A DNA stretch of 64,000 nucleotides. Origin: Fistulifera solaris. Its lineage: Eukaryota. Positions 1-12,421 of this stretch are shown here, one piece after another. Numbering within the stretch: position 1 is the stretch's first letter; every line of letters starts with the position of its first letter. Location of the stretch: positions 186,001 through 250,000 of the forward strand of contig AP026157.1 of NCBI GenBank assembly GCA_030295235.1. The letters run 5' to 3'. The translations under genes were made by a program, and so were the position numbers. The notes beneath the pieces are model-generated. The model saw only the letters and a list, made by a program, of their open reading frames with translations. It did not search any database and was not told the origin of the DNA.

Positions 1-812
1 CGATTTTTCGTCGTTGGTGATACTGTAGAAAGGATGGGTGATTTTGTTGGAGAGATAGTAGGCACGGACTCGACTCTCGTGGGCGGTCTTGTGGATACCA
101 CGGGCGATACAGCGGGTGAAGGGGTAATAGGAGAAGGTAAGTTGCTGGGAATTATTGTGGCGCTAGAAGGCGCAAACGAGACGTCAATTTCCGATGGTGG
201 CCCAATATTACTACCACGAGGTGGATCGCTCCTCCCTTCAATTGTCAAATAACTTGCTAGTGCAATCACCGATGCCAGAACGACTATCAAAGCCAGTCCT
301 ATGACAAGTATTCGGAATGCTCGATGATGTCTCCCTCGGTTTGGGCGGTGGTGCATTCGGTGCGTTTGTTGTTGTTTGGAGGGTGGCGGTGGAGGCAAAG
401 AACCGTGCCCTCCGCTGGTGAAACTGTCGCGCAGTTGTTTCCGTAATTCTTCCACTTCGGAAGCTTCTACCGGAGTATCATTTGGCTCAAACGAGTTGTC
501 GTCTAACATTTTTTCTTCGGACATGATCGTTGCTAGATCTTCGCCGATTCTTCTAAAGCGCGCTGAAATTGTAATCAATCTTTCTGTTTCGCAAGCTGAG
601 ACGGCCCTTTCAACTGAAATATTTCCTGCAAAAAAAGTTTTCTGGGGAATAGGTGACGTGGGGCTCAAGTCTTCATGAATGCTTGCTTCGCATAATGTTT
701 GGAGGCTTGTCGAGAGCGCTTGAGTGATGTCGAAAGAAATAAGTTTCTCATCGGAGCATTGCTTTCGCTTCTGTTGGACGTTACTTTGCCAGTACCAAGT
801 TCTCCCTCTCAT
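1..812 (-). CDS. Type II membrane protein with Pro/Ser/Thr-rich ectodomain (partial, runs off the left edge)
   Basis: Hand translation from ATG at 812 is open to position 1. It has a basic stretch (RGRHHRAFR), a hydrophobic span (ILVIGLALIVVLASVIALASYL), then PSPITPSPAVSP...SPTKSP repeats. Absent from the ORF track because no stop lies in the window; true start uncertain. Confidence 0.7.
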   Translation of the reverse strand, partial: MRGRTWYWQSNVQQKRKQCSDEKLISFDITQALSTSLQTLCEASIHEDLSPTSPIPQKTFFAGNISVERAVSACETERLITISARFRRIGEDLATIMSEEKMLDDNSFEPNDTPVEASEVEELRKQLRDSFTSGGHGSLPPPPPSKQQQTHRMHHRPNRGRHHRAFRILVIGLALIVVLASVIALASYLTIEGRSDPPRGSNIGPPSEIDVSFAPSSATIIPSNLPSPITPSPAVSPVVSTRPPTRVESVPTISPTKSPILSTVSPTTKN

Positions 813-1132
813 GGATGATCAAAATATCAATCATCGAATAAATAGAGTGAAAACGATTCCCGCTGTTCGGAGTTGATTCTTTGTTACGAAGCGCAAAGTT
901 TCAAAACTTGGTTTTCTTATAGTGGCTTTGCTGTTGTTACATTTCTCCCTCCAATGGGCACGTTTCGGTTTTGGCGCGACGGGGTGAAGCACGAGTGTCC
1001 GCCACAGTTAACGCTTATACTCATTAACACATGGCCAGTAATTAGTGGATGCGATCGAGTCGTGCGTCGCGCGTCGCTCACCCCTCTGTCCGTACGGTAC
1101 TAAATAATCGCGGTTCTCTTTCATTTTTTTTT

Positions 1133-2675
1133 TTAACACGGGAGCAATTCACAGATATTCAATATACATACACGGCAGAGAAACGGAGGAGGTTCTTCAC
1201 CACCACCATCATCAGTATTGTCGTCGTCATCTCCATCGTCGTCATCATCATCGTCATCAACTGGTGGAGGGGTACTTTCCGTGGGAGATGGGACCGGAGC
1301 GCTGGTCGCAACTGGTACGGGAACTGGTGGTGGGTCTGGAACAGGAGCAGCAACGGGTCTTGGCGTTGGTGGAGGCACCGGACGCGGTGTAGGATCCGCA
1401 ACCGGCCTTTCGACGACAGGTCGTCGAGTGGGGTCGGGAACTGGTCTCGGCGTTGGTCGAGGCACGGGCGCAATTGGTCTCGGTGTTGGTGCAGGAACGG
1501 GTCGTTCCACAACAGGGCGTCGGGTAGGGTCCGCAACCGGCCTTGGCGCTGGCGGAGTGACGGGTCGTCGCGTTGGATTTGGCACCGGCCTCTCGACGAC
1601 GGGACGTCGGGTAGGGTCGGCGACCGGTCTTTCCGCCACTGGTCGTCTCGTTGGATCAGCAACAGGTCGTTCCGCAACGGGCCCTCGAGTGGGGTCCGCA
1701 ACAGGGCGTCGAGTGGGATCCGCCACCGGTCTTTCCAGGACAGGTCGTCTGGTTGGATCCGGGGCAGGTTGTCGGGTGGGGCTAGCAACAGGTTTCTCTT
1801 CAACACGTTCAGTCGAAGGAGCTACAGATGGGATATCAGAAGGAAAGTCCGATGGAACAGCGCCTTTCTCACACACACCGCACGTCGCTGGGCACCACCG
1901 GTAACCATCGTTCTCGGGCAAGCACATGCGATCGCGATGAGTCAAGTTGGTTTGTAAAAGACGCAATTTTGTTCACCAACTTCTTCATTTATATTGAAGT
2001 TTCTATAGGGATGATCCGTGCAGTTGCCTTCCGTCCATTCAATCGATTTTGTTGGTGATGACGTAGGAGGGGATGTGATAACGGTGCCGAGATCGGGAAA
2101 TTCTGCACCCGATTGCGATGGTATTTCATCATCTTGCGCCAGAAAGCTTCCCACGGCCACAGCGACTGCAGTCACCAAAATGATCGACAAAATCAGAATC
2201 AAAATACCCAGTCGTCCCGGAGTCAGCCTTTCGCGGTAAGTTCCTGCCGGTGCTTTCGCGTCTTCTTCTTTGGGAGAACCAAAAGAGCGTTTGGCCGGAA
2301 ACTGTTCGACTCGTCGTCATTCTCACCGTATACGTTGTCGTACGTTTCGGGTGTGCTGCTGGTCTTATGATTGGAGGCAGATTTGTCGAGCTGCTGCGGG
2401 ATGCCATTGTAGGATTCCGCAAAGAGACTATCGCCACCCAGGCTTTCATCGGCAATCGATATAACATCATCTTGCTTCAACTCAATATTTGTCGGTACAA
2501 TAATACCGAATTCTCTCATGACTCTTGCTCGTTCCGCTTGAAGCTCTCGACGAAACTCTTCTTCGTCCTCGTCGACGCCCTGGAACGCGGCAGGGTTGTA
2601 ATCGTTCTGCAGATTGTTGCCGGAATCCGTGTAAACGGCAGATATGAGTGAATCTTCATCCTTCTTACGCTCCAT
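1133..2675 (-). CDS. Type II membrane protein: acidic N-terminus, TM helix, 6-Cys ShK-like module, PVADPTRRPVVER repeats, poly-Asp, Cys-rich tail
   Basis: Three ORF pieces (2223-2684, 1942-2202, 1133-1966) join into one frame if one base is added at the 4-mer runs 2281-2284 and 1956-1959. This gives ...RLGILILILSIILVTAVAVAVGSFL... then CTDHP...QNCVFLQ...MC...WCPATCGVC. Confidence 0.75.
1330..1775 (-). repeat. Coding tandem repeats (39-bp / 13-aa core PVADPTRRPVVER and shorter variants)
   Basis: About ten PTRRP/PTPRP units in the translation; recurring gggtccgcaacc and gtcgtcgagtggg motifs on the + strand. Confidence 0.85.
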
Positions 2676-3648
2676 CTTAATCAAAGAAGAATTAACAACG
2701 TAATAGAAGCAGCTGTTGGTTATACCTTCCTTTTATCAGCAAAGGCTGAGACGAAGAATTCTTTTGTTGGAAGAGAACAGTTCAATTACTGGATTTCCGC
2801 GATGATAGAAGGAAAATCGCGGTTGCCCATGTTTTTGGGTCTCATGGCGTAATAAAGCGCGACAGAAGTGAGGGAGAGAAGTCCGCCTCCCTACTCTCGC
2901 ACCTTACTCTAAAATCAAACATTGGCCAAATGTGCCCCAACGGAAACACATGGAAGTAATGCTAAGACAGTTAACAGCTAAGTCAACAACCAACGGAGAA
3001 ATTCAAGCATTATTAGATAGGAAGCAATGGTCTAATTACTCATATTCCTCCTAATTATTGGTCACTTTCGTGACACGTGACAATTCTCTCTTTATGCCTT
3101 AGTTTGTCACTTAATGTGATTGAAAGTGTAGCTAAAGAACATTGATGAAATTTTGATACAGTCAGTTCAGTTCAGACTGCATTCCACAGAACTGTAAGGT
3201 TACAGGTTACCGTAACGTAGAGATTCTGTCCTACACTATTGTATCACAAAGAATTTTCTGCAAGAGCAGTCATCCGGTACTCATAATGTATTTAATCTTG
3301 TTTCGTTCTCAACGATGGAGTTGCGGTGCGATTCTAGATATGCGGTATCTTGATTATTTACTGTAACCTTACGTAGAAAGGAACGGCCCACCACCCACCA
3401 ATCACCAAGAGGAACGGAAAAGAATTTTTTCTTTTCGCTGCGTCGCTGCTGTTGCAGTTTGTTGCAAAGAGCTGTCAAGAACTCTTTCTCTCAAGTTCTG
3501 GTTGAGCATTTCCTGAGCATCTTTCCCAACTTTTCCGACAGAGTATTGAAACGATTCCCTTATTTAAATAGTTTGACTATCAACTGGGCTGTTTTTGAAT
3601 TCAGCAACTTTTAACTGATAGCATTGCTCTTCAAAACGTGTATCCACA

Positions 3649-5975
3649 ATGGAGCAAAGATGGCGAAACGCGCGTTCAATCGCCATTTTATTATGTTTCT
3701 GGTTAATGGTGGCTTCCAATGATGCCAGTTTAGGGGAACGTATAGCACATTTGGTTCCTTCGCGAGGAGGTGCGTTATCGAATACAACGGAGCAGGAAGA
3801 AACAGAATCAATGTGTCACGAGGAAATCATCTTGTTTCCGTTAACAAATCACAGCCATACAAAGTCACTGGAAGTAACAAAACAATCTGCTGAAGATGAA
3901 AACGAAGAAGTGATCTGTACGGATAGTCCACTCACGAGCGCGCGGACCCTGGAACGAAAAAGACTCCAATTTTTCGATCGCATGGCGTGGGTTTCCGAAA
4001 TGTGGATGAGAAAGGAACACGATGCATCCCTCCATTCTTCCAGCGCGAACCTATCTGCCATTACACCGGAATCCGATCTGCGTTTACCGGGCCGTCATTT
4101 CCATATCGTTACCACCGCCGCATTGCCTTGGTTTACCGGCACGGCTGTCAACCCGACGTTGCGAGCCGCCTATCTGCATCGGAAGACGCAAGAAATCAAC
4201 AATAATACAGATCAGTGGGTCACTTTGGTTGTACCGTGGCTCGAATTACCGCAAGACCAGAAGCAGTTGTATGGTGAAATATTTTCTACGCAACAGGAAC
4301 AAGAAGACTATATACGTTCTTGGCTTAGAGACAAAGCGGGCATGCCGGATGTAGCTGACCCAGAGACTGGTTTACGCATTTTATTCTATCCAGCTCGTTA
4401 TCACAGTGGCTTATGCTCTATTTTTGCAATGGGGGACCTGTTGAACCTGATCGAAGAGAAAGGCGGCCCTATGGATGTCTGTATTTTGGAAGAGCCTGAA
4501 CATGTTAACTGGTTTCGTGCTCCAGGAGATGGATGGACGATGAAATACAAGTTCGTCGTCGGAATAGTTCATACCAGTAAGTCTTGGTAGCCATTCGACC
4601 CATACATGTTTCATGGGAGTATTTCTCACCACCGTGTTTAATTTTATTGTCCCGTTGAGCAGACTACAAGGAATATGCGAGCTCTCATTATTCAGGGTTG
4701 TGGACAGCACCTGCGATATCGATGGTTTCGTCGGCTATGATCCGGGCATACTGTCACAAAGTGATCAAACTTTCGCCCGTGCTACAGAGTTACGCCCCAG
4801 AGAAAGAAGTTGTTTCAAATGTCCACGGCGTCCGATCAGAGTTTATCGATGAAGGTCTCCGGCGAGCATCCACGTACCATCCGAGAGAAACGAAGAGTAG
4901 CTACTCGCCCACACAGAAAACAGATGCATACTTTGTGGGAAAGCTTCTTTGGGCCAAGGGTCTGGACATAATGCTAGACCTGCAGGATTATTACAAACAG
5001 CGCACTGGGAAATATTTTTCTATCGATATTTATGGCAGTGGCCCCGAACAGGAAGCGATACGTCGCGCTTTCCATGGTCGCCCACGTCGAGCCGAGGACG
5101 GAGAATCCAAGAGCTCCAATGCCGGTCCTAAGCGCTCAAGGAGTATTCTACAAACTACATTGGCTCTCTTTGGCGGTAATAGTCCGAATCAGATGAAGGA
5201 AGATGAGACGAAGGCTGGGGCAGATAATACGCCGACCTCTTTGTTTCCTATGGAAATCGACTTCTCATCCTTTGAAACTTTTAGCGAAAAAGCAAAGGAG
5301 CACTTTGCGAAGCTGAGGCAGGAATTACCTCAAACATTTGCCGAACTGCGAAGACAGCCTGTACCAGCTGAATTTCGAGGTCGTGTTGATCATGCTGAAT
5401 TGAAGGATTACAAAGTTTTTGTAAATCCTTCGGTCTCCGAGGTTCTTTGTACCACCACTGCTGAAGCTCTGGCCATGGGAAAATTTGTCATCATTCCTGT
5501 TCATCCATCTAATCAGTTCTTTCTGAAATTTCCAAATTGCTTGGCATACCGAGACAAGTTTGAATTTGTAGCAAATTTACGATGGGCTCTCAACCACGAG
5601 CCGGAACCTCTCACGCCTGAATTGGCACAACAATTCACATGGGAAGCCGCGACCGAGCGTTTTATGGATGCTGCTGCTATTACGGAGGGCGAAGCTCGCG
5701 AGCGAGAGCGATCGGGACGGTCGAAAATGGACGAACGCATCGCATGGTTTCACAACGAACTGGGTAAAGGTGCGACAGGAGACATGCTACGCAAAATCTG
5801 TGGAGCGGGTCCCGTCAGTCATCAAGCTAAATACTTGCAGAAGCAATTGATGGATGGGGAGAGTGACGAAGGCGAGGAAGATGAAGATGATGGGTTGAGC
5901 GCAAAGTTTCGCCGATCATCTTTCGCCGAGGCGCTCCGAGCCACTGTGGGAGACTTGTCATTGTTTATGCAATGA
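3649..5975 (+). CDS. DGD1: Digalactosyldiacylglycerol synthase (GT4), intron 4577-4662
   Basis: Motifs IVTTAALPWFTGTAVNPTLRAAYL, ILEEPEHVNW, VVGIVHTNY (across the GT..AG intron), AYCHKVIKLS, GKLLWAKG, FVNPSVSEVLCTTTAEALAMGK, FTWEAATERF. N-terminal signal-like segment. Confidence 0.92.
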
Positions 5976-6167
5976 AAGGATTGCTGCATTAATGTATCTG
6001 TATGTTTCAAACAATGTATACTGCTATCGCTACAAATTAGAAAACAAGCGGCATATTTAAGCTAAAGCGATACTAATCATCTATATTCATTATCCGAACT
6101 TGGCGCTCGCTTGGAACACTGGGATCATTGAAAGGAAACATAGATCCGTACTAAGTGTTTCACGTTT

Positions 6168-7084
6168 CTATCGGCGTCGTCTTCGTCGCATCGATTCCGG
6201 CCGAATCAGCATCGAGTCGATCAACCAGCACGAATCATCTTCTTTGCCGGTAGTTGACAAGATAAAGTTGACCGAGACGGTATCCAAAGGACCAGGACCC
6301 GTTTGCAAACGCGCCGTAAAGAAAGCTTTCTTCCCATCGAAACTGTAATCCCCCTTATCAATGGATACACCTTGGTGCTGAAAGAGCACTTTGTATTCAG
6401 TTTCTTTCAAGAATTCGGCATACTCGGCCGGTGTCAATCCTTCTTCATTCTTTATTTGCGATCCCGGTGAACTATATCCGAACAGAATTTCGACACCTTT
6501 GTTCGTAGTGGGATTGTCATTGTGGAGCAGCGATTCGAGGACTTGCAGCACAACTTCGCCCGCTGTCAATTCCGAGTCGGGGACCGTGAGAGGCGGCTGA
6601 TAGACTTTGGGAGCCTCCTCTGCATCTTCGTCGTCGTCGTCGTCATCTTCTCGAGCGCCCTGGACAAAATCCACAAATCCACCGGCCGTATCCAGTACAC
6701 GTTCTTTGACTTCCGAGTACAGTTGATCATTCGTCAAGCTGACATTCCCCGCCAAGCGATCTCCAACATCTCCTGTATCATAACCGAGAAATGCATTAAT
6801 CGCGCCTTGCGGAATATTGGGTTCGGGTTCATCATCCTCTTCTTCATCATCATCGTCGTCGTCCTCCTCATCGTCCAAAAGATCGTTCGCATTCAAATCA
6901 ATCCCTTTTGTTGGGCCAAACGGAAAAACTCGGCGGCCAAATTGGCTCCATCTCCTTGATCCGGACTGTCTTCATTACTGCTGTAAGCGTTCAATCTTGT
7001 TGTTTTGTGTATAGTCATTAGCGGCATAAAGGCGACGGATGTCGTGAGAAGAAGGAGGAAACAAACCAGTCGGAGTGATGTCAT
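6168..7084 (-). CDS. Plastid-targeted conserved protein of unknown function with acidic N-terminal region
   Basis: MTSLRLVCFLLLLTTSVA-FMP is a signal peptide plus ASAFAP-like motif. It joins ORF 6168-6896 with one added base near 6903-6909. Globular C-terminal domain (VLESLLHNDNP...GVEILFGYSSP...CWLIDSM). Confidence 0.75.
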
Positions 7085-7685
7085 CTTAAAATGGGCGCAA
7101 CGCGAATTGTGTGTGATTCGTCTGGAGTGTTCTCTTTCACTTCTTGAGGGTTTGCGAAGATAACTTGCAGCAATATATAAGTTGATCAAAAGATTATAAA
7201 AGCAAATACAAATAAAATTCTGTTCTCCTGCAGATGATGAATTATTACACTATAATTCTTCTTGCTTGTCAATGGCAAAAACGAGACGCCATCATCGCGA
7301 CGAGACCCTTCGCATTTCGCGATCTTATTACTGATACCTGGTATTTTTCACGACATTTCTTTGCGTCAGCGAAACGCCTAACAAAACATCAGCCTCATAT
7401 CGTAGCGGTTTTGTCTTGGCATAGCATTCTGCGCATGACGCATGAATGGAAAATAAGCATCAAAACCACCCGTGACTCACCGCAATGCCGGAATGAAACG
7501 AAACAGGAAGCGACGATGCAACGCAAACAACAAACAGAAATATCAAACCGTTTACAACAAAGTCTTATTTTACATTTATAAGCAGCGAACTTACAGTCGC
7601 ATTTCGTGAATATAGTTCATAATATTTCAGCGAAAGAACGGAGCAGCACGAAGCAAGAACGCTTTTTCGACAACAAGAAAAAATA

Positions 7686-10474
7686 ATGAATGCTTCGGGC
7701 GATGAGAGTCCTCCGCAAAAATTGACGACCCATGCATCCAGCAATACGCAAACAAACCAAAGTCAACCACAACAGGCTCCTACTTTGAAGCGAGAAAATC
7801 CAGAAAGCACTGCCTCTGTCGCTCAAGATACATTGTCGCGTACCCTTGCTGCCAATGAGGGCACAATGACTCCTCACAATGCGCTTCCTGAACATCGCAA
7901 CAATCAGCAAGAAGAAAAAGAATCGCCATCTGCAACTTCTCGACGTGTGCGTCAACGCGTGGAAGGCAATGCCTCACAACAACTTGTTCAAGCCGCTCGT
8001 CCTACGAATAGCAACAACAATGGGATCCCCGACGTCAATGCTTCCATGCAGCTTCATCATCAGCCTTTGACAGGAAATGAAGCCAGCGCCGGCACTGCAG
8101 AAGTTCCCACACCGAATGCATCTGCTATTAGTCAATTTGTGGAAGTTCATCCTAGTGAGGAGGACGTTCGCAATCGAGTCGTTGGGGCCGCTCCCATTAC
8201 AAATAGCAACCGAAATGCTGTCCCCAACGTCCATGCTTCGGTTGATCAGCCTTCGGCGGAGACTGGCAATGCTGAAGCTCCCACGGCTCCGGTTCGTCGC
8301 CGCGTTTTGCAAGTCCGTAGAGTGGGTCAAGAAGAGATGAACATTAGCGACTATCCCCCCGAAATTGTGGAACAAGTGGATCGGGTCCGTCTTCAATTTG
8401 GATTGCCGCCGGATGCACCCTTTCAAGTCAATCGCATCGGAAACACTTATCAAGTTGTATTACGGGCCGGAGATGGTACCATGCTGCGTGGGAATTGGCC
8501 ATCGGCGGGTGGTCGAGGGAATCGCATCGTCGTTCCTAGCAACGAGACATCCACGCGCCCCGAACAGGTGATTCGTGACATTCCTTTGGATGGCTCTCGT
8601 CAGCAACACATGATTCCGCCACGTGCCGGTCTACGACTGATTCCGGGAGAAAACGGGCAGTTGCTGCTCCGCATTGCGAATGAGGGCACTTCGGCGGTTA
8701 ACTTTTTCAAAACTCCAACAACAATCCGCGAATGGTGGCGATCCGTGTTGACCGCAATGGTCCAGAAGGACGGGTAGCGGTTCACTTGGAGACGGAAGAG
8801 GTGATGCGACAGAGGAATCAAGTTCCACCCTTGGAGCCGATAATCCTTCCAGATGGTCAGCAAACCATTTCCAGTAGTGATGCATCACATGCTATTCGAG
8901 AGGCAGAGAGATTCACATGCGGTATTTGCTATGAATACATGGAAATGCCGTCCTCTTGTGGACAGTGTTCCGGTCGATTCTGCAAAGAGTGTTTGATCAA
9001 AGTGAAGCAGTCGCAACGAGGGCTCTGCCCGATCTGTCGAAAGCCTATAGGAGAAATACAAGAAGACACCGAGCTTGCCCAGGCGATGGACGAGGCCCCA
9101 AGCATTCCCTGCCGATTCGAAGGCTGTAACGCCTCTCTGTCGCTTCGTCAAGTAAAACAGCATGAACATTCTGAATGTCAAATGGTGAGTGTGTTTTGCC
9201 GCTACAAAGAGTATGGGTGTTCTTGGAAAGGTCGACGATGTGATTTGGTGAACCACGAAGCAGGAGATTGTACTTTAGCGAAAGTTTCGGGATTGGTCGA
9301 TCGGGTACGAACCATGGCTGCCGAGAGAGAGTCCATCGCACGGGAAATGGCGATGCGGATGTCATCATTGGGTCTCGCAGTAAACCATGAACGTGAAATG
9401 ACACGTCGACAAACAGCACGATCAACTTCCAATCCGATTGATATCTTGTCGTTCATCATACAAGTAACATGCTGCAGTCCTTCCTTGATGCAAGCAAGAG
9501 AAACGTGGGTGAACTTGTATGCAACTACGAAGGCTCGTGCTGCAGTCTTCAATTGGATCACGTTAGTACCAACAATTTTGCTGGTAGGGCGGCTGATATG
9601 GAGGGACTATTCAAGATTTCTTTTCGTATTGTGTCATCCGCAGTTCAAATTTGATTCGATTGACCAAGATACAGCGGACGTCTTGATTGACTCTGCACTT
9701 GGTATCGTGGCACTCACTCTGGTCACGCTCCTTCTGGGGGTTTCTCTTCTTTTCGACAACAAATCAAACGAATGCTGGGATTCTTTTGCTTTCCCTTTGT
9801 GACGCGGCCAATCCCGGTCATGCTATACACAACAACTGCCAGCTCTTTCTTGATGTACAGCCTCATTTTCACAATGGTGGACGGTTTCTTTTTATCAGGA
9901 TATTTGGCTCTCGTTCTCTTCACTGCCACTGCTGTGCTTCCGATTTCTATTGCTTCGTTATCTTGCAAGTTATCAAGAGCGGTTTCAACGCCTCTTGGTT
10001 TTTTTGACAGGAAGGGTTGCGCCCCCTCTCCTTTTTGGGCTCCGTTATGCGTTTGTTGTGCATATGACAGATGCAGTATCTTGCTTTGACGCGCTTTGTC
10101 TGCTCCACCTCTTAGACGGCCAATTCAATCTTTTGACCCAAAGCCTTGATCACAAAGAGCTGTTTTCTGACTGGCCACCTTTTCTGGATGTATTCTTCGT
10201 CTCGATAGGACTGGGTAGAGGAGTACGGGAATTTTTTTTGGACGAGAACGACATGAAAGCAATTGCCAACTGGGGAGCTGCTGTCGTCTTGATTCTTTTG
10301 ATGAATATGATTGTTTCTCGCTTTGCTATCATCTTCCAGTGGGTCGGCCTTTACCACTATCAAGTCATTGAAGCATCTCGTTCGGATAGCATTGCCAGTC
10401 GGAAAGCCAACGCCATTGGGCTGGGTCTACTATCCTTGACTGTTTGCAGCTATATTATCCTGGCTACCTTCTGA
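7686..10474 (+). CDS. RING + TRAF/SINA-type zinc-finger protein with multi-pass membrane C-terminus (putative E3 ligase)
   Basis: Four overlapping ORFs join with single-base fixes near 8703-8712, 9784-9787 and 9999-10005. RING: CGIC...CGQC...FCKEC...CPIC. Zn fingers: CRFEGC...HEHSEC and CRYKEYGCSWKG...HEAGDC. Then a coiled coil and many hydrophobic spans. Confidence 0.75.
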
Positions 10475-11218
10475 AGCCCGTTTAGCTTTTGATCAAATAT
10501 TTCTTTTTACTAGAGAGGAGTCTTAGAGCATCTTCCCATTGTATAGCAATGCCCATCATTTGGGAACTATAGAGATAAGTTGGTTTTAGTTTCTACTACG
10601 TACTCAGTACCGGTAGCGACCTAATGAAAACCCAATCCTTATTCCGCACCACACAATTCATGACTTGTTTGTGATGCGAGTAAAATAATAATTGTGTTTC
10701 CTTTTCAACTCCCATTTCAAAGGACTCCCGCCATTTGTGTTTTGACTAATTATTGAAGAATCATCGAGTGATTGCGAGAGGAGGACTCCCATCTGATCGG
10801 ACTTTTGATGATGATGATATTCGATGTTGCAGGAAAACGCGAGCAATAGCTATGTGTGATCACAGTAAGGTACCTGGTTTTAGAGTAGTGAAGCAGCTTC
10901 CCGTTAAATGGAAAAGTGACCACGTACTCGTAAGTTAATACTCACTCGCAGGACTCTCGCGGGATGCCGTTGTTACTTATAGAGCATCATCTAAAAAGTC
11001 TCCCGCAGTGTGGGATTGACTTTCTTTGAAGCTTTGCGTTACTTTCTACGGAGAGATGGTACGACCAGATTGAAATCAAAATAAACATGAGGAAGGCCCA
11101 TTGGGTTTGCAATTGAAGCCACCTTCCAGTCGAGTGATCTTTTTCTGCTCACAAATTGCCCTTCCGGTCCACTTTTCGATCTTGCAACTTCTCTTCTCGT
11201 TCGACGTTATTTTCGATC

Positions 11219-12181
11219 ATGCAACTCTCTGCCGCTTTGATGTCTCTCCTCGGTTACAGTGGAGAACCCGCCACCACGCCCATTGCGATCGGCCTTCAGT
11301 GCGGAAACGTCCGCATGGACAAGCTCAGTGATCATGCCAAGCAGGTCATGGCCCAAGCGTTGGTGGATTCCTACAAGACTTCTTACGCCTTGCACGACAA
11401 CAACGATTCGTTCCTTGCTGGCGTTCACTTCGATCAGTCTCATGCTACCAAGGAGTCTCTCAAGTGGAACGGAACTTGGAACTATGGTTGCCGCTTGTGC
11501 CCCAACGACGATGATTCCACCATGTCGGCCCCCTTTGCTGCGTTCGTTGCGGACCTCGGTTGCACCGCTTGTGCTCCGACATCGGTGGTCGGTGTGAGTG
11601 CCTGGGAAGCCACCTTGACCAGCATTCTTCGTGCTACGAACCATGCCGAGTTGAAGAAAGCCAACGCTTGCCAGATTTCTTTGCACGATCGTCTCGAGGA
11701 AGACGAAACCGTGGAGCATGTTGAGATTGGTGTTAAGTGCGACAACGCCGACTTTGCAAGTCTCGGAGCGAAAGCTTCCGGCTTTTCCTCTCGCGCTTTG
11801 GAAGACTCGTACAACAAGGTCCATGAGTTGCTCAAGGGCGGTGACAGCTTCCTTGCTGGTGTCCATTTTGACGGTGCCCATTCGCCGAAGAAGGCTGCTC
11901 TCAAGTGGAACGGGACGTGGAATTATGGATGCCGCTTGTGCCCCAACGACGATGACACACTCGGAGATGCTTCGGCCGTTGGTGGATACGTTGGAGAGCT
12001 TGGCTGTGCCCTCTGTGCTCCCGACAACAGTAACTTGCGCGGGGATGACACTGTCGTGCGTGCTTGGGAAGCCGAGTACACGGCGGCCTTGCTCGAGAGC
12101 CAGTACGCGGAGTTCAACAATGTCAAGAACTGCAAGATTGACATTGTCGCCCAGTATTCGGATGCGGCCGCAAAGGCTTAA
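11219..12181 (+). CDS. 320-aa protein made of two tandem ~140-aa Cys-containing domains, function unknown
   Basis: Intact ORF from the first ATG at 11219 with strong C/T-ending codon bias. LKWNGTWNYGCRLCPNDDD and DSFLAGVHFD each occur twice. Confidence 0.85.
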   Translation: MQLSAALMSLLGYSGEPATTPIAIGLQCGNVRMDKLSDHAKQVMAQALVDSYKTSYALHDNNDSFLAGVHFDQSHATKESLKWNGTWNYGCRLCPNDDDSTMSAPFAAFVADLGCTACAPTSVVGVSAWEATLTSILRATNHAELKKANACQISLHDRLEEDETVEHVEIGVKCDNADFASLGAKASGFSSRALEDSYNKVHELLKGGDSFLAGVHFDGAHSPKKAALKWNGTWNYGCRLCPNDDDTLGDASAVGGYVGELGCALCAPDNSNLRGDDTVVRAWEAEYTAALLESQYAEFNNVKNCKIDIVAQYSDAAAKA

Positions 12182-12421
12182 GGAGATGACGGAAAACGCG
12201 TCTTTTCAGAGAGATAGAGAATCACCAAGAAAAATCCACCTAGTAACTGAAAAGAATACATAAGAACTTTATGATTGGTATCTTCGTAGCGTGCCTTGGA
12301 TGCTTTGCATAGCGCGACAGAAGTGATATTTACAGCGCTCATCAAAGCAAATTGATACAGGATTGATGAGGGGCGGCAGCCAGATCTCTTGAATTCAGAA
12401 TGAGGCGCACAAACGAGTAGC

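Noticed and set aside
1049..1957. Long + strand ORFs (302 aa, 228 aa) and alternative - frame over the repeat gene
   Set aside because: Shadows of the stop-poor Pro/Arg repeat CDS on the - strand.
3194..3372. 12-bp inverted repeat gtaaggttacag / ctgtaaccttac (possible MITE)
   Set aside because: Does not extend, has no target-site duplication and no second copy in the window.
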